Positions 48,861-59,578 of a stretch of DNA of 64,000 nucleotides are shown here, in pieces. Position 1 is the first letter of the stretch. Every line of letters begins with the position of its first letter. The translations under genes were made by a program, and so were the position numbers. The stretch covers positions 4,928,001 through 4,992,000 of the forward strand of contig OZ245838.1 of NCBI GenBank assembly GCA_965228735.1, given 5' to 3'. The DNA is from Planctomycetota bacterium (lineage in GTDB: Bacteria; Planctomycetota; UBA1135; UBA2386). Under the pieces are notes generated by a model. It was not told the origin of the DNA. It was given only the letters and a program-made list of their open reading frames with translations, and searched no databases.

Positions 48861-51449
48861 GTGAGACCCTTCCCGACCCCCGCCCCGCGCGCCCGCCGCG
48901 CGCTCGTTGCGGCAGTCCTCGCGCTGACGACCACCGCGGTCGGGCAGGCGGGGCTGCGCCACGAGGTCGGCTGGCTGCCGGAGCCGAACGGGCCGATCGT
49001 CGCCACGCGGTTCGCGGACCTCGACGGGGACACGTTCCAGGACCTCGTGCGGCTGCGGCCGCGCGCCGTCGAGATGCTGCTGCAGGATCCGACGACCGGT
49101 CGGTTCACGCGCGTCGACTCGGTGGCGCTCGGCACGAGCGCGATGCCCGACCTGCAGGACATCGCGATCGGGCGCCTCGATCCGTCGGGCGATCCGTGGC
49201 CCGACGTCGCGGTCCTGTGGAGCGACGGGCAACTCGACCTGCTGGTGAACAACGCGGGCGCCGGGCTCACCCGCGCCGTGCCGCGGCCCGTGCCCGCGTT
49301 GCCAGCCGCGTCGGCGCAGGCGATCTTCGCGGCCGACCTCGACGGCGATCTGACCGACGATCTGCTCGTGCTGCAGGAGGCGACGCCGCCGCAGCTGATC
49401 ACGCGCCAACCCGCCGGCGGGTTCACCAACGTGACGGCGACGAACATGCCGGCCGCGATCGCCTACCCGCGGCCGCGCGGTACGCTCGCCGATACGGACG
49501 GCGACGGTGACCTCGACCTCATCGTTGCCTCGGTCAATCCGCTGCCGCCGACGCTGCTCAGGAATCAGGGTGGCACGTTCACGCGGGTCGCGAGCGCGTT
49601 CGCCAACAACGCGTTGCCGACGAGCGCGGTCCTCGCGATCGACCTCGCGGGCACGCCGCTGCCGGAGCTCGTGTTCGGTCGGCCCGGAACGGCGAACAAC
49701 GCGCCGATCGTCCTCGCCAACGTCGGCGGTGTGTTCAACAGCGTGATGATCCCGCAGTCGCTGCGCGTGCGCGGCGTGCGCGCGCTGCTCGCGGCGGACA
49801 TCGACCAGAACGGCCACGACGACGTCGTCGTGCTCGAGTCGACGGGGCGCCTCGGGTTCGCGCTGCGCGGCAATGGCGGTCTGCTCGCGGGGCGACCCAC
49901 GAGCACCGCGAACGTGACCGAGACCGTGCCGCTGCTGCCGATCCATCCGGGCCGCGTCGCCGTTGCCGTGGCGGACCTCGAGAACGACGGCGACGACGAC
50001 CTCGTCGCGGGCGGTGACGCGCCCGACAGCCTGCTCGTGCACGGCCCGGGCGTCGAGTTCCACGACGCCGAACGCTTCGCGTTCGAGGCCGGCGCACGCG
50101 TGCGCGACTACGCCGCGACGCTCGCGGACCGCGACCTCGACGGCAACCGCGACCTGATCGGGCTCGAGCCGAACGGCGGGTGGCTCACGTTCGACAACGA
50201 CGGTTCGGGCTACTTCACCGCGTCGACGCCCGCGGTCTCGGTCTTGCCGGCGTTGCCCGCGGTGACGATCTGGGAGCGCGTGTTCGCGATGTCGGTCCAG
50301 ACGCCGGGGCAGCTCGACCTGCTCGCGTTCGGCGACGGCAGCGGTGTCGCGGATCAGGTCGCCGTGCTGCGCAAGACGGCGGGCGGCTGGGTCGACGAGA
50401 CGCAGGTGCGCTTCGGCGGGGCGCAGACCGGCGTCATCGCGGCCGTCGCCGGCTACGAGAACGGCTCGGGGCTCGAGGATCTCATCGTCGGCACGTTCAC
50501 CGGCGAGCTCGAGTTCCACGCCAACGTCGGTGGCATCTTCACCTACCAGCCGGGCCGGTTCCCGAGCGGTCTCGGCCTGTTCAACCTGACCCAGATCCTC
50601 GTTGCGGACTTCACGGGCGACGGCAACAACGACGTGCTCGCGCTGCAGGGCAACGGCCAGCGGCCGCGACTGCTCGTGGCGACGCCGGTCGGCTTCGCGC
50701 CAGCGACGTTCGCGGTGCCGCTCGCGGCGGACGGCGATTTCGGCACGGTCGGCGACGTCGATCAGGACGGCGATCCCGACGTCGTGTTGCGCACGACGGG
50801 GCAGGTCGGCGTGACCGTGCTGCGCTGGCAGGCCGCGACCGGGTCGTTCGCGATGGCCAGCCTCGGCGCCATCGTCGCCGTCAACTTCGAGCCGCGCGAC
50901 ATCGCCGTGCTCACCGTCGACGGCGCCCCGCGAATCGTGCTCGCACGCGATGACGGCCCCGACGCGATCTACGCGTGGAACGGCAGCAGCTACGTCGGCC
51001 CGCTCTCACTCGGCTACCGCGGCACGGTCGCGACCCGCGGCTTCCTGCTCGGCGACGTCGACCGCGACCGCGACCAGGACGTGCTCGTTCTGCGCGCGGG
51101 CCTCGACCCGGCGCTGCTGATGAACGAGACGACGCTCGTCCAGCCGCTCGGCCCCGTGCAGAGCGGTCGCGCCAACCAGGTGCTCCTGCGCGCGCCGGAG
51201 CCCGGTTCGCTCGCGTTCATCGCCTACGGCCTGCCGCGCGACACGCTCACCCCGTGGGGTCTGCTCCGGCTCGACCCGGCGACGATCGGTTCGCTGTTCC
51301 TCGGCGTGCCCCCGGGCCGCGAAACGGCCTGGAACATCCCGCTCGGGCCCGGCCTCCCGTGGATCCGCTTCCCGATCCAGGCTGCATGGATCACGCCGGG
51401 CAACGAGGTGTTCCTCTCCGGCCTGAACCACCTCGTGATCCTGCCGTGA
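48861..51449 (+). CDS. Secreted VCBS/FG-GAP repeat protein with C-terminal beta domain
   Basis: Signal peptide; repeated ADLDGD..D motifs. Confidence 0.85.
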   Translation: MRPFPTPAPRARRALVAAVLALTTTAVGQAGLRHEVGWLPEPNGPIVATRFADLDGDTFQDLVRLRPRAVEMLLQDPTTGRFTRVDSVALGTSAMPDLQDIAIGRLDPSGDPWPDVAVLWSDGQLDLLVNNAGAGLTRAVPRPVPALPAASAQAIFAADLDGDLTDDLLVLQEATPPQLITRQPAGGFTNVTATNMPAAIAYPRPRGTLADTDGDGDLDLIVASVNPLPPTLLRNQGGTFTRVASAFANNALPTSAVLAIDLAGTPLPELVFGRPGTANNAPIVLANVGGVFNSVMIPQSLRVRGVRALLAADIDQNGHDDVVVLESTGRLGFALRGNGGLLAGRPTSTANVTETVPLLPIHPGRVAVAVADLENDGDDDLVAGGDAPDSLLVHGPGVEFHDAERFAFEAGARVRDYAATLADRDLDGNRDLIGLEPNGGWLTFDNDGSGYFTASTPAVSVLPALPAVTIWERVFAMSVQTPGQLDLLAFGDGSGVADQVAVLRKTAGGWVDETQVRFGGAQTGVIAAVAGYENGSGLEDLIVGTFTGELEFHANVGGIFTYQPGRFPSGLGLFNLTQILVADFTGDGNNDVLALQGNGQRPRLLVATPVGFAPATFAVPLAADGDFGTVGDVDQDGDPDVVLRTTGQVGVTVLRWQAATGSFAMASLGAIVAVNFEPRDIAVLTVDGAPRIVLARDDGPDAIYAWNGSSYVGPLSLGYRGTVATRGFLLGDVDRDRDQDVLVLRAGLDPALLMNETTLVQPLGPVQSGRANQVLLRAPEPGSLAFIAYGLPRDTLTPWGLLRLDPATIGSLFLGVPPGRETAWNIPLGPGLPWIRFPIQAAWITPGNEVFLSGLNHLVILP

Positions 51450-51931
51450 CACTGCGCACGACCGGGTTCCGTTTCGTGACTCTGGGCGCTCTCGTTGCGC
51501 TGACCGCGTGTGCTGCGCGGGTCGCTGCGCCGCCTCCGGCGGTCGCTGCGATTCGTTACCGCATCGAGGTCGTGGAGGGCACGTTCGACATCGTGCGCGG
51601 CTTCACGCGCTGGATCGACGAGATCTACCTGCCGGAGCACGGCGTTGCGTGCAACCTCGAGTGGTTGCCGCGGGTCGCCGACAACGGCGAGGTCGATCTC
51701 ATGAACGACGTGCCGAGGTTGCGAGCGTTCTTCGTCCCCGCGTCCAGGCTCGACACGGTCACGGATCGCCGCGACGTGCAACTGCCCCGCGAACTCGCGC
51801 AACACATCGTCGACGTCGCCTCCAAGCGCAAGGACGTCGCCAGCCAGCTGGTCGCCCGCGGGCTACTGCCAGCCCCGGATCATGGCGTTACCGAACCCGT
51901 TTCGAATCCGTCACCCGGCGTGAACCGTTGA
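51446..51931 (+). CDS. Hypothetical lipoprotein
   Basis: GTG overlaps the upstream stop; lipobox LTAC; 3' end runs through a repeat arm. Confidence 0.6.
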   Translation: MTLRTTGFRFVTLGALVALTACAARVAAPPPAVAAIRYRIEVVEGTFDIVRGFTRWIDEIYLPEHGVACNLEWLPRVADNGEVDLMNDVPRLRAFFVPASRLDTVTDRRDVQLPRELAQHIVDVASKRKDVASQLVARGLLPAPDHGVTEPVSNPSPGVNR

Positions 51932-52320
51932 CTCAGGCCCGCGTTGCCCGGGGAATGACCCGGCGGCTGCAGTTGGTGGTTCTGGCGCTCCTCTTGGTGT
52001 CCTCGCTCGGGAACGTGTTCCAGCTGCTCTGGGCGAACGCCGGGCATCGCATCGAGAACGTCACGCGCGGGCAGTTCGACGCGGAGGTCGAGCGTGCCAA
52101 GGTGCTCTCCGGATCGGCGGCGTGGCACTCCGTGCATGTCGACCGCGAGGGTCTGGCGATCCTCGAGACGGGGACGTTGCTGAACTTCCGGAGTCTGCTC
52201 GGGCAGACGCAGGCTTGTCGGCGGGTGTTCATCTGCACCGAGTGACGGTCGCGTCGCCTTGCGGTTTGAACCGCGTACCGTACGCCGGGTGGCGGAATCG
52301 AAACGGGTTCCGTACCGCCA
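51883..52320. repeat. Inverted-repeat element copy D, arms 376 bp apart enclosing an ORF
   Basis: Arms 51883-51913 and 52290-52320; the inverted repeat extends inward by cccggcgt/acgccggg. Confidence 0.85.
51955..52245 (+). CDS. Small hypothetical exported or membrane protein between the repeat arms
   Basis: MTRRLQLVVLALLLVSSLGNVFQLL signal-like start; 96 aa. Confidence 0.5.
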   Translation: MTRRLQLVVLALLLVSSLGNVFQLLWANAGHRIENVTRGQFDAEVERAKVLSGSAAWHSVHVDREGLAILETGTLLNFRSLLGQTQACRRVFICTE

Positions 52321-52326
52321 ACCGCT

Positions 52327-52608
52327 TCACGGTTGGGTGTCTCTTTCCCAGCGCTCGAGGATCGCCAGCGCTTCTTCGCGCGTGTTGCCGCACATCGCGC
52401 GGGATGGGCGCAGGTTGCTGCAGCATTGCGGGCGTTCGGGTTGCCCGAAGATCGCGCACGTGAGGTCGGCGGTGAGGTGAACGCAGCGGACCCCGGCCGG
52501 TTTGCCTGCTGGCATGCCCGGGAACGGTTCGACGATCGATGGCGCGATGCAGCACGCGCCGCAGTCGGGTCGGCAGTCGCCGTTGTCGACGTCCGGGACG
52601 GCTGGCAC
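52327..52608 (-). CDS. YkgJ family cysteine-cluster (Zn/Fe-chelating) protein
   Basis: CRPDCGACCIAPSI..P.PGMP.GKPAGVRCVHL...C.IFG..ERP.CC. Confidence 0.9.
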   Translation of the reverse strand: MPAVPDVDNGDCRPDCGACCIAPSIVEPFPGMPAGKPAGVRCVHLTADLTCAIFGQPERPQCCSNLRPSRAMCGNTREEALAILERWERDTQP

Positions 52609-52623
52609 GGCGCGATGCTACGA

Positions 52624-52661
52624 CAACGGCCCGGCCGCGCGAGCGCGCGACCGGGCCGTTG
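52624..52661 (-). terminator. GC-rich stem-loop downstream of groEL
   Basis: caacggcccgg...ccgggccgttg inverted repeat; no clear U-tract. Confidence 0.45.
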
Positions 52662-52703
52662 CCAGGGTCTCGGGGTCCAGGGACCGGGAGGCAGTGGCGC
52701 TGG

Positions 52704-54386
<1,683 letters not shown>

Positions 54387-54440
54387 GGTGGGGATACTCC
54401 GGGGGAATGTTGGGTTGGGTTCGCGAGCGAGCCGGTGGGA

Positions 54441-54746
54441 CTAGTCGATCACGGCGAGGATCTCGTCCTCACCGAGAATGAGCAGGTCGTCGCCGTCGAG
54501 CTTGATCTCCGAGCCCGCGTAGGACGAGAACAGCACGCGGTCCTTCTTCTTGACCGTCATCGCCTGGCGCGAACCGTTGTCGAGCATGCGGCCGGCGCCG
54601 ACGGCGACGACGATGCCTTCCTTCGGCTTCTCCTTCGCGGTGTCGGGCAGGATGATGCCGCCCTTGGTCTTCTCGTCGGCTTCGACGCGCTTCACGAGGA
54701 CCCGATCGCCGAGGGGGGTAACGGTCGCGGACTTGGTCTTGGACAT
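54441..54746 (-). CDS. groES: Co-chaperonin GroES
   Basis: [25 protein letters not shown]. Confidence 0.98.
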   Translation of the reverse strand: MSKTKSATVTPLGDRVLVKRVEADEKTKGGIILPDTAKEKPKEGIVVAVGAGRMLDNGSRQAMTVKKKDRVLFSSYAGSEIKLDGDDLLILGEDEILAVID

Positions 54747-54831
54747 TGCTTTGCGTGTGGTTCGGCCAGGCACTGGCTGGCTGCGGGGAATGGTTGTTGA
54801 GACGGAAAGGGAGACCGAGAGCGCGCGCGGG

Positions 54832-55329
54832 TTACGGGCCGCGCGGCGGCTGCTGCGGTGAAGAGGGGAAGTTCGGCCGGCCCAACTGGGAGCCCGGCAA
54901 CTGGGAGCCCGGCAGCTGGCCGCCGGGCAATTGGGGCGGCAACATGGTGAGCGGGCCACCGAAGTGCGTGCGGATCAGCTGCTCGACCGTGCGGCGCAGC
55001 TGGCCGAGCTCGAGCGGCTTGCGCAAGAACGCGAAGAAGCCGGCCGAGCGGGCGGCCATCGCCTCTTCGGACGACGCCAGGCCCGACATCAGGATCGCCG
55101 GCAGCGGCCGCACGCTGGCAAACTGGTGGAACAGCTCGAGGCCGGTCGCGCCGGGCAGATGGAAGTCGAGGATCGAGAAGTCGAACCGCTGCCGATAGAC
55201 CAGGTTCATCGCTTCGTCCGCGGCGCTGGTGGCCGCGACCGCCCAGCCCTCGGAGGCCAGGAACTCGCTGAGACAGACTCGCAGCGAGTCGTCGTCTTCT
55301 ACCAGCAGGATGCGGAACGTCTGAGCCAT
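54832..55329 (-). CDS. Single-domain response regulator (receiver) with QLPG-repeat tail
   Basis: [15 protein letters not shown] (phospho-acceptor Asp), MSG, FLRKP. Confidence 0.9.
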   Translation of the reverse strand: MAQTFRILLVEDDDSLRVCLSEFLASEGWAVAATSAADEAMNLVYRQRFDFSILDFHLPGATGLELFHQFASVRPLPAILMSGLASSEEAMAARSAGFFAFLRKPLELGQLRRTVEQLIRTHFGGPLTMLPPQLPGGQLPGSQLPGSQLGRPNFPSSPQQPPRGP

Positions 55330-55356
55330 GGACCGGGTCGGTGGGCCCGGGCCTGA

Positions 55357-55372
55357 TGCAAGGCTCGTGCCG
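55357..55372 (-). promoter_or_regulatory. Sigma-54 (-24/-12) promoter candidate
   Basis: Minus strand reads CGGCACGAGCCTTGCA, matching YTGGCACG-N4-TTGC(A/T); ends 27 bp upstream of ATG 55329. Confidence 0.7.
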
Positions 55373-55582
55373 CGGCCCGCAGGCCGGCGGAAGTGACGCT
55401 ACTGCAAAGGGTTTGGCCGGCGCCTCCGGTCTTGGGTGCGGCCCGGCGCTGCCATATTGGCCGCCGCGATCGACGCCGGACTGTCATCTTGTCGGCCCAA
55501 CCCGGCAGCTCAGCCCGGCAGCCCAACCTGGCCTCCCGGCGCTGAACTGGCCGAAGCGCTCCGCGCTCACCAGCCGGGGCGC

Positions 55583-55918
55583 TCAGCGCGCCTCGTCGTC
55601 GTCCCCGTCCCCGTCCTCGTCCCCGTCGTCGTCGAGGTCGTCGTCCATGTCGTCGTCGAAGTCGTCGTCGTCGTCATCGACGTCGTCCAGGTCCGCTTCG
55701 TCGTCGCCGTCGTCGCCGTCTTCCCAATCGTCGTCGTCCTCGTCCTCGTCGATGTCGCCGTCGTCGTCCTCGTACGACGCCAGGATCCGGTCCCAGTCCG
55801 CCACCTCGATGGTGCTGTTGCAGACCATGCAGACACTGTCGTTGTCACGTAGGTCCTCGAGCTCTTCGAGGTCCCGGTAGACCTTGCCGCATTCTCGGCA
55901 CTTGACGATCTTGCCCAT
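55583..55918 (-). CDS. Small zinc-ribbon protein with very acidic C-terminal tail
   Basis: CRECG...CMVC followed by about 60 residues that are mostly Asp/Glu. Confidence 0.8.
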   Translation of the reverse strand: MGKIVKCRECGKVYRDLEELEDLRDNDSVCMVCNSTIEVADWDRILASYEDDDGDIDEDEDDDDWEDGDDGDDEADLDDVDDDDDDFDDDMDDDLDDDGDEDGDGDDDEAR

Positions 55919-56051
55919 GGTTCGGTGGTTTCGTTGGGGGTTGGGTGGGTTCCCGGGAGGGACGACCGCGATGTCTACCGGCTCGCCCGGGCAAGGCAAT
56001 GCCCGGCCGCGTTTCTTTTGGCCCGGCGCCCGATTCGCCGATAGGACCCGC

Positions 56052-56582
56052 GTGTCCAAGTCTCCGGTGATCGTAGGCGCGATCGGGCTGGCTGGCTGCG
56101 TCGCCCTGAGCTTCATGATGCGCTCGGCCCTGTCGGTGCAGCAGCAGCGTCAGCGCGACCCCCTCGCCGACGAACTCGAGGCCCGCTTCGGCCGTCGCCT
56201 CGACGGCCCGGTCGAGGTCGGTCGCCGGCTCGTCGACGGCAAGAACCGGCTGGTGATCCAGTTGCGGGTGCATGCCGGCCTGCGCAAGTCGCGCTTCGTC
56301 AAGCCCGCTGGCATCACGGCATGGAACCGCAAGCTCGGCGCCGGGGAACTCCCCGACGAGATCGAGGTCGAGGTGGTCACGCTCGAGCCGCGGGAGACGG
56401 TGAGCCGGCTCGTCGACCCGCCGTGGCCGACGCAACCCGGGTCGTCGGAGCCGTGGTTCGAGCCCCCGAAGGTGGACCCGGGCAAGGCCGAGGACGACCC
56501 CGAGGGCAAGGCCGGCGAGGTGAAAGGCGCCGCGGACGAGAACGCGCCGGCGGCACGGCCCGCCGGGTCACCCGCCAAGTAG
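56052..56582 (+). CDS. Hypothetical membrane-anchored protein (start uncertain)
   Basis: N-terminal TM VIVGAIGLAGCVALSFMM; high-GC3 coding pattern. Confidence 0.6.
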   Translation: MSKSPVIVGAIGLAGCVALSFMMRSALSVQQQRQRDPLADELEARFGRRLDGPVEVGRRLVDGKNRLVIQLRVHAGLRKSRFVKPAGITAWNRKLGAGELPDEIEVEVVTLEPRETVSRLVDPPWPTQPGSSEPWFEPPKVDPGKAEDDPEGKAGEVKGAADENAPAARPAGSPAK

Positions 56583-56609
56583 ACGGGGCCCGGCCGAGCC
56601 ATCGGCACC

Positions 56610-57647
56610 TCAGTTCGAGACGCCGAGCTTCTTCGCAGTGGCCTCGAGTTCTTCGAGGGTCTTCTGCGCGTTGGTGATCGCCTCCTCGAGGCGGCCACGC
56701 ATCTGCTCGTTGTCCTTGTAGCGCGGCCGGTAGCCCTCGAGCATCTCGACGCGTTCCTTGCGGCTCTCGTGGACGCGCGCGTACGCGTACTTGAACGCGT
56801 CACTGTCGTTGTGCTCCTGCGCGGCCTCGATCAGCATCTCGTCGACGAACGCCTGTGGGCTCGACTCGGCCGGCAGGCGCTTGCCCGCCTGGAACGCGGC
56901 GTAGACCTTGCCGCGCGCTTCGGCCATGTCCTCTTCGGACACGCCGCGGCGCTGCACCGACTTCTGCACCTCGCCCATCTCGATGATGAACGCGTTCTGC
57001 ATGGCCGTCTTCTTGGCGTCGCCCTTCAGGCCGAGACGCTCGATCTCGGCGTAGGCCTCGGCCGCCTCGATCTCACCGAGGTCGATCCGCGCCATGAGGT
57101 AGGCCTGCTCGTCGTAGTCCTTGCCGGCCTCCTTGAGCTTGTCGAGCTTGGCGAACGCGCCCGCGGCGGTCACGTAGCGCTTCATCGACGGCAGGTCGCG
57201 CGGCACGCTCTTGGTGAGCGCGTCACCGCTGCTGTCGAGCACGGCGAGCGACGGGAAGCCGCGGAAGCCGTAGGTGCGCAGCAGATCGTCGTCCTCGCGG
57301 CCTTCGATCTTGGTCATGACCGCGGCGAACGGAATCGCGTTGTCCTTGACCCAGCTCTGGAAGTCGTCGGTGGAGAACACCCGGTTCTCCAGGGCGATGC
57401 ACGGCGGTCAAGGGGAGTACGTGCGCGTGAAGTACGCGAAGATCGGCTTGCCGGTCTGCTCGGCTTGCGCCTTCGCGGCGGCGAAGTCCGTGATCCAGGC
57501 ACCACCAGTGAACCACTGGTGTTCCTGCATCGCGGCGTAGTTCGCCTTCATCTTGTCCTGGTCGTAGGTGCGCTGCGCCGCGAGCTCGGGCGCCATGAGC
57601 GCGAGCACCGGGGCGAGCGCCAGGGCGCTGGGAATCAGTCTCGTCAT
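56610..57647 (-). CDS. Exported thioredoxin-fold protein, probable selenoprotein (U80-P-P-C83), 345 aa
   Basis: ORFs 57408-57647 and 56610-57380 are in one frame, joined by a single TGA (57410-57408): ...KPIFAYFTRTYSP-U-PPCIALE...; cis-Pro motif RGFPSL. Confidence 0.85.
57371..57391 (-). promoter_or_regulatory. Candidate bacterial SECIS hairpin
   Basis: mRNA UGGAGAAC-CGGGU-GUUCUCCA; 8-bp stem after a 16-nt gap from the UGA; G at loop position 2. Confidence 0.65.
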
Positions 57648-57872
57648 TTGGGTTCGATTCTGCTGACGTGTCGGTTGGGGATCGCGCGGAACGGACCGCG
57701 CGTCGGGACTTGCTACGCGAGACTAGGGCGCAGGTGCCTGGCTCATAGGCGTGGATCGGGGCTGGTCTATACCTGTTACAAACCAGGCGCCCGGCCCCGG
57801 GCGAACCCGCCGATGGCATCGAACCCTCGGCCCGGTCTTGGGGTTATCCACGGTGAGAGCCGATGTTCGAGC

Positions 57873-59576
57873 ATGGTCGAGGCCATCGTCTACGCCTTCG
57901 CGATCGCCGATGGGCTCGAGCCCGTGGTGGGGGCGGCGCCATACGACGTGCTGTCACGGCAACTTCCGCGCCTGCTCGTCGTGCGGCTCAACGACGACGG
58001 GGATCGCGGCGCGCGCTTCTTCCCGCTGCTCGGCACCGCCGGCGGCAAGCGCGGCTTCCTGCGGTTGACGACGCCGTTCGACCCGGCCCAGCTCATCGCG
58101 CTGCACAAGCAGCAGGACGTGCGGTACGTCTGCGATGGCTGGCTGCGCGCCGGCGAACTGACCTTTCGCTGTCTCGACGGCAGCACCGGCAAGGTGCTGC
58201 GCGAACTGACGCTGCCGTTCGACCCGCGCACGCCGACGGCCGTGCTCGCGCGGCTGCAGTTCGAGCTCATGGACCTGCTCGGCTGGAGCGGGCGACCGAC
58301 GCCGGAGCTGCCGTTCGACGGCGAGCTGCTCGGGTGGTTCCTGATCCTCAAGGACACGGTGTTGCGACTCGAGGCCGGGCTCGACGCCGACGTGGAACAC
58401 GCGGTGCGGGCCGCAGAGCGTTGCTTCGAACTCGACGGCGGCAACCTCGAGATCGTCGACGTCGTGACCGACGTCGCGGCCCACGTTCTCAAGCAGCGCG
58501 AGCATCGCGACTCGATCGCCGCGATGCTGCGGCCGCTCGTCGACAGCAACGAGCTGCCGGCCGACCGGTTCGAGCGGCTCGGTGCGCTGCTGCTGGCCGC
58601 CGGTGACGAACGGTCCGCCGCGACCGCGACGCTGCGCGCGGCGCGTTCGGCGATCGAGCGCGAGGAGCTCGTGGAGCGCTGCGTCGGGTTGCTCTTTCGC
58701 CTCGAGCGCTACGAAGAAGCGGCCGACCTCGTCGAGCTCGCGCGCGAGCGTGGCACCGCGAGCGTCACCGCGCTCGCGCAATACGCCGCGTGCTGCGATC
58801 GCCTCGGTCGCGCCGAGCTCCGCACCGAGCTCTGCGACGAGATGCTCGCGGTGCACGACCTGCCGGTGACCGTCGCGCGCCTGCTCGTCTCGTTCTTGCT
58901 CGAGGACGATCGCGCCGAGCGCGCACGTGCCGTTGCCGAACGCGCGCTAGCAGTCGACCCGACGCAGTCGGTGATGCATCTCGAGCTCGGGCGCGCATGC
59001 CTCGACCTCGACGACAGCGAGCACGCGGCGGCGGCGCTGACCCAGGCGCTGGAGCGCGGCCTGCCGCCCGAGCACGAACACCGCGCGCGCCGGCTCCTGC
59101 GTCTCGCGTCGCAGCCCGGACTGTGGCGCGACGCGCAGAACGTCGAGACCGCGCTCGCGGAGGACGATCTCGACCGCGCGTTCCGTTCGGCGGTGCAGCT
59201 CGCCAAGAACTGGCGCCACTTCGCGGAGGCGTGGTTCCTCGTCGGGCTCGTGCGTCACAAGCGCGGCGAGGACCAGCGCGCCGAGTGCGCTCTGCGCCGC
59301 GCGATCCGCCTCGACGACGCCTTGCCCGACGCGCACAACCGCCTCGGCATCCTGCTCGTCGGCAAGGGCCGGGTCGAAGCCGGTCTCGAGCACCTCGAAC
59401 GCGCCCACGCGCTCGCGCCGACCGAACCGTCGCCGATGCTCCACCTCGCCCAGGGCCTGGCCGCAGCCGGCCGCCACGACGAAGCCCGCCGCTTCATCGA
59501 CCTCGCCGCCCAGAACGGCGCCGAACCCGGCCTCATCGCCGCCGTCCGCCGCGAGATCGAACCGACCCGCCGCTGA
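57873..59576 (+). CDS. Tetratricopeptide repeat protein
   Basis: AEAWFLVGLV, DAHNRLGILL and MLHLAQGLA TPR motifs. Confidence 0.85.
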   Translation: MVEAIVYAFAIADGLEPVVGAAPYDVLSRQLPRLLVVRLNDDGDRGARFFPLLGTAGGKRGFLRLTTPFDPAQLIALHKQQDVRYVCDGWLRAGELTFRCLDGSTGKVLRELTLPFDPRTPTAVLARLQFELMDLLGWSGRPTPELPFDGELLGWFLILKDTVLRLEAGLDADVEHAVRAAERCFELDGGNLEIVDVVTDVAAHVLKQREHRDSIAAMLRPLVDSNELPADRFERLGALLLAAGDERSAATATLRAARSAIEREELVERCVGLLFRLERYEEAADLVELARERGTASVTALAQYAACCDRLGRAELRTELCDEMLAVHDLPVTVARLLVSFLLEDDRAERARAVAERALAVDPTQSVMHLELGRACLDLDDSEHAAAALTQALERGLPPEHEHRARRLLRLASQPGLWRDAQNVETALAEDDLDRAFRSAVQLAKNWRHFAEAWFLVGLVRHKRGEDQRAECALRRAIRLDDALPDAHNRLGILLVGKGRVEAGLEHLERAHALAPTEPSPMLHLAQGLAAAGRHDEARRFIDLAAQNGAEPGLIAAVRREIEPTRR

Positions 59577-59578
59577 CC

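Noticed and set aside
52231..52269. ORF 51955-52245 ends C-T-E-TGA, a possible CxxU selenocysteine motif
   Set aside because: Read-through adds only 7 residues before another TGA, there is no redox-fold context, and I saw no convincing SECIS.
57844..57852. TTATCCACG DnaA-box-like 9-mer
   Set aside because: Single imperfect copy, no AT-rich unwinding region and no origin-linked genes.
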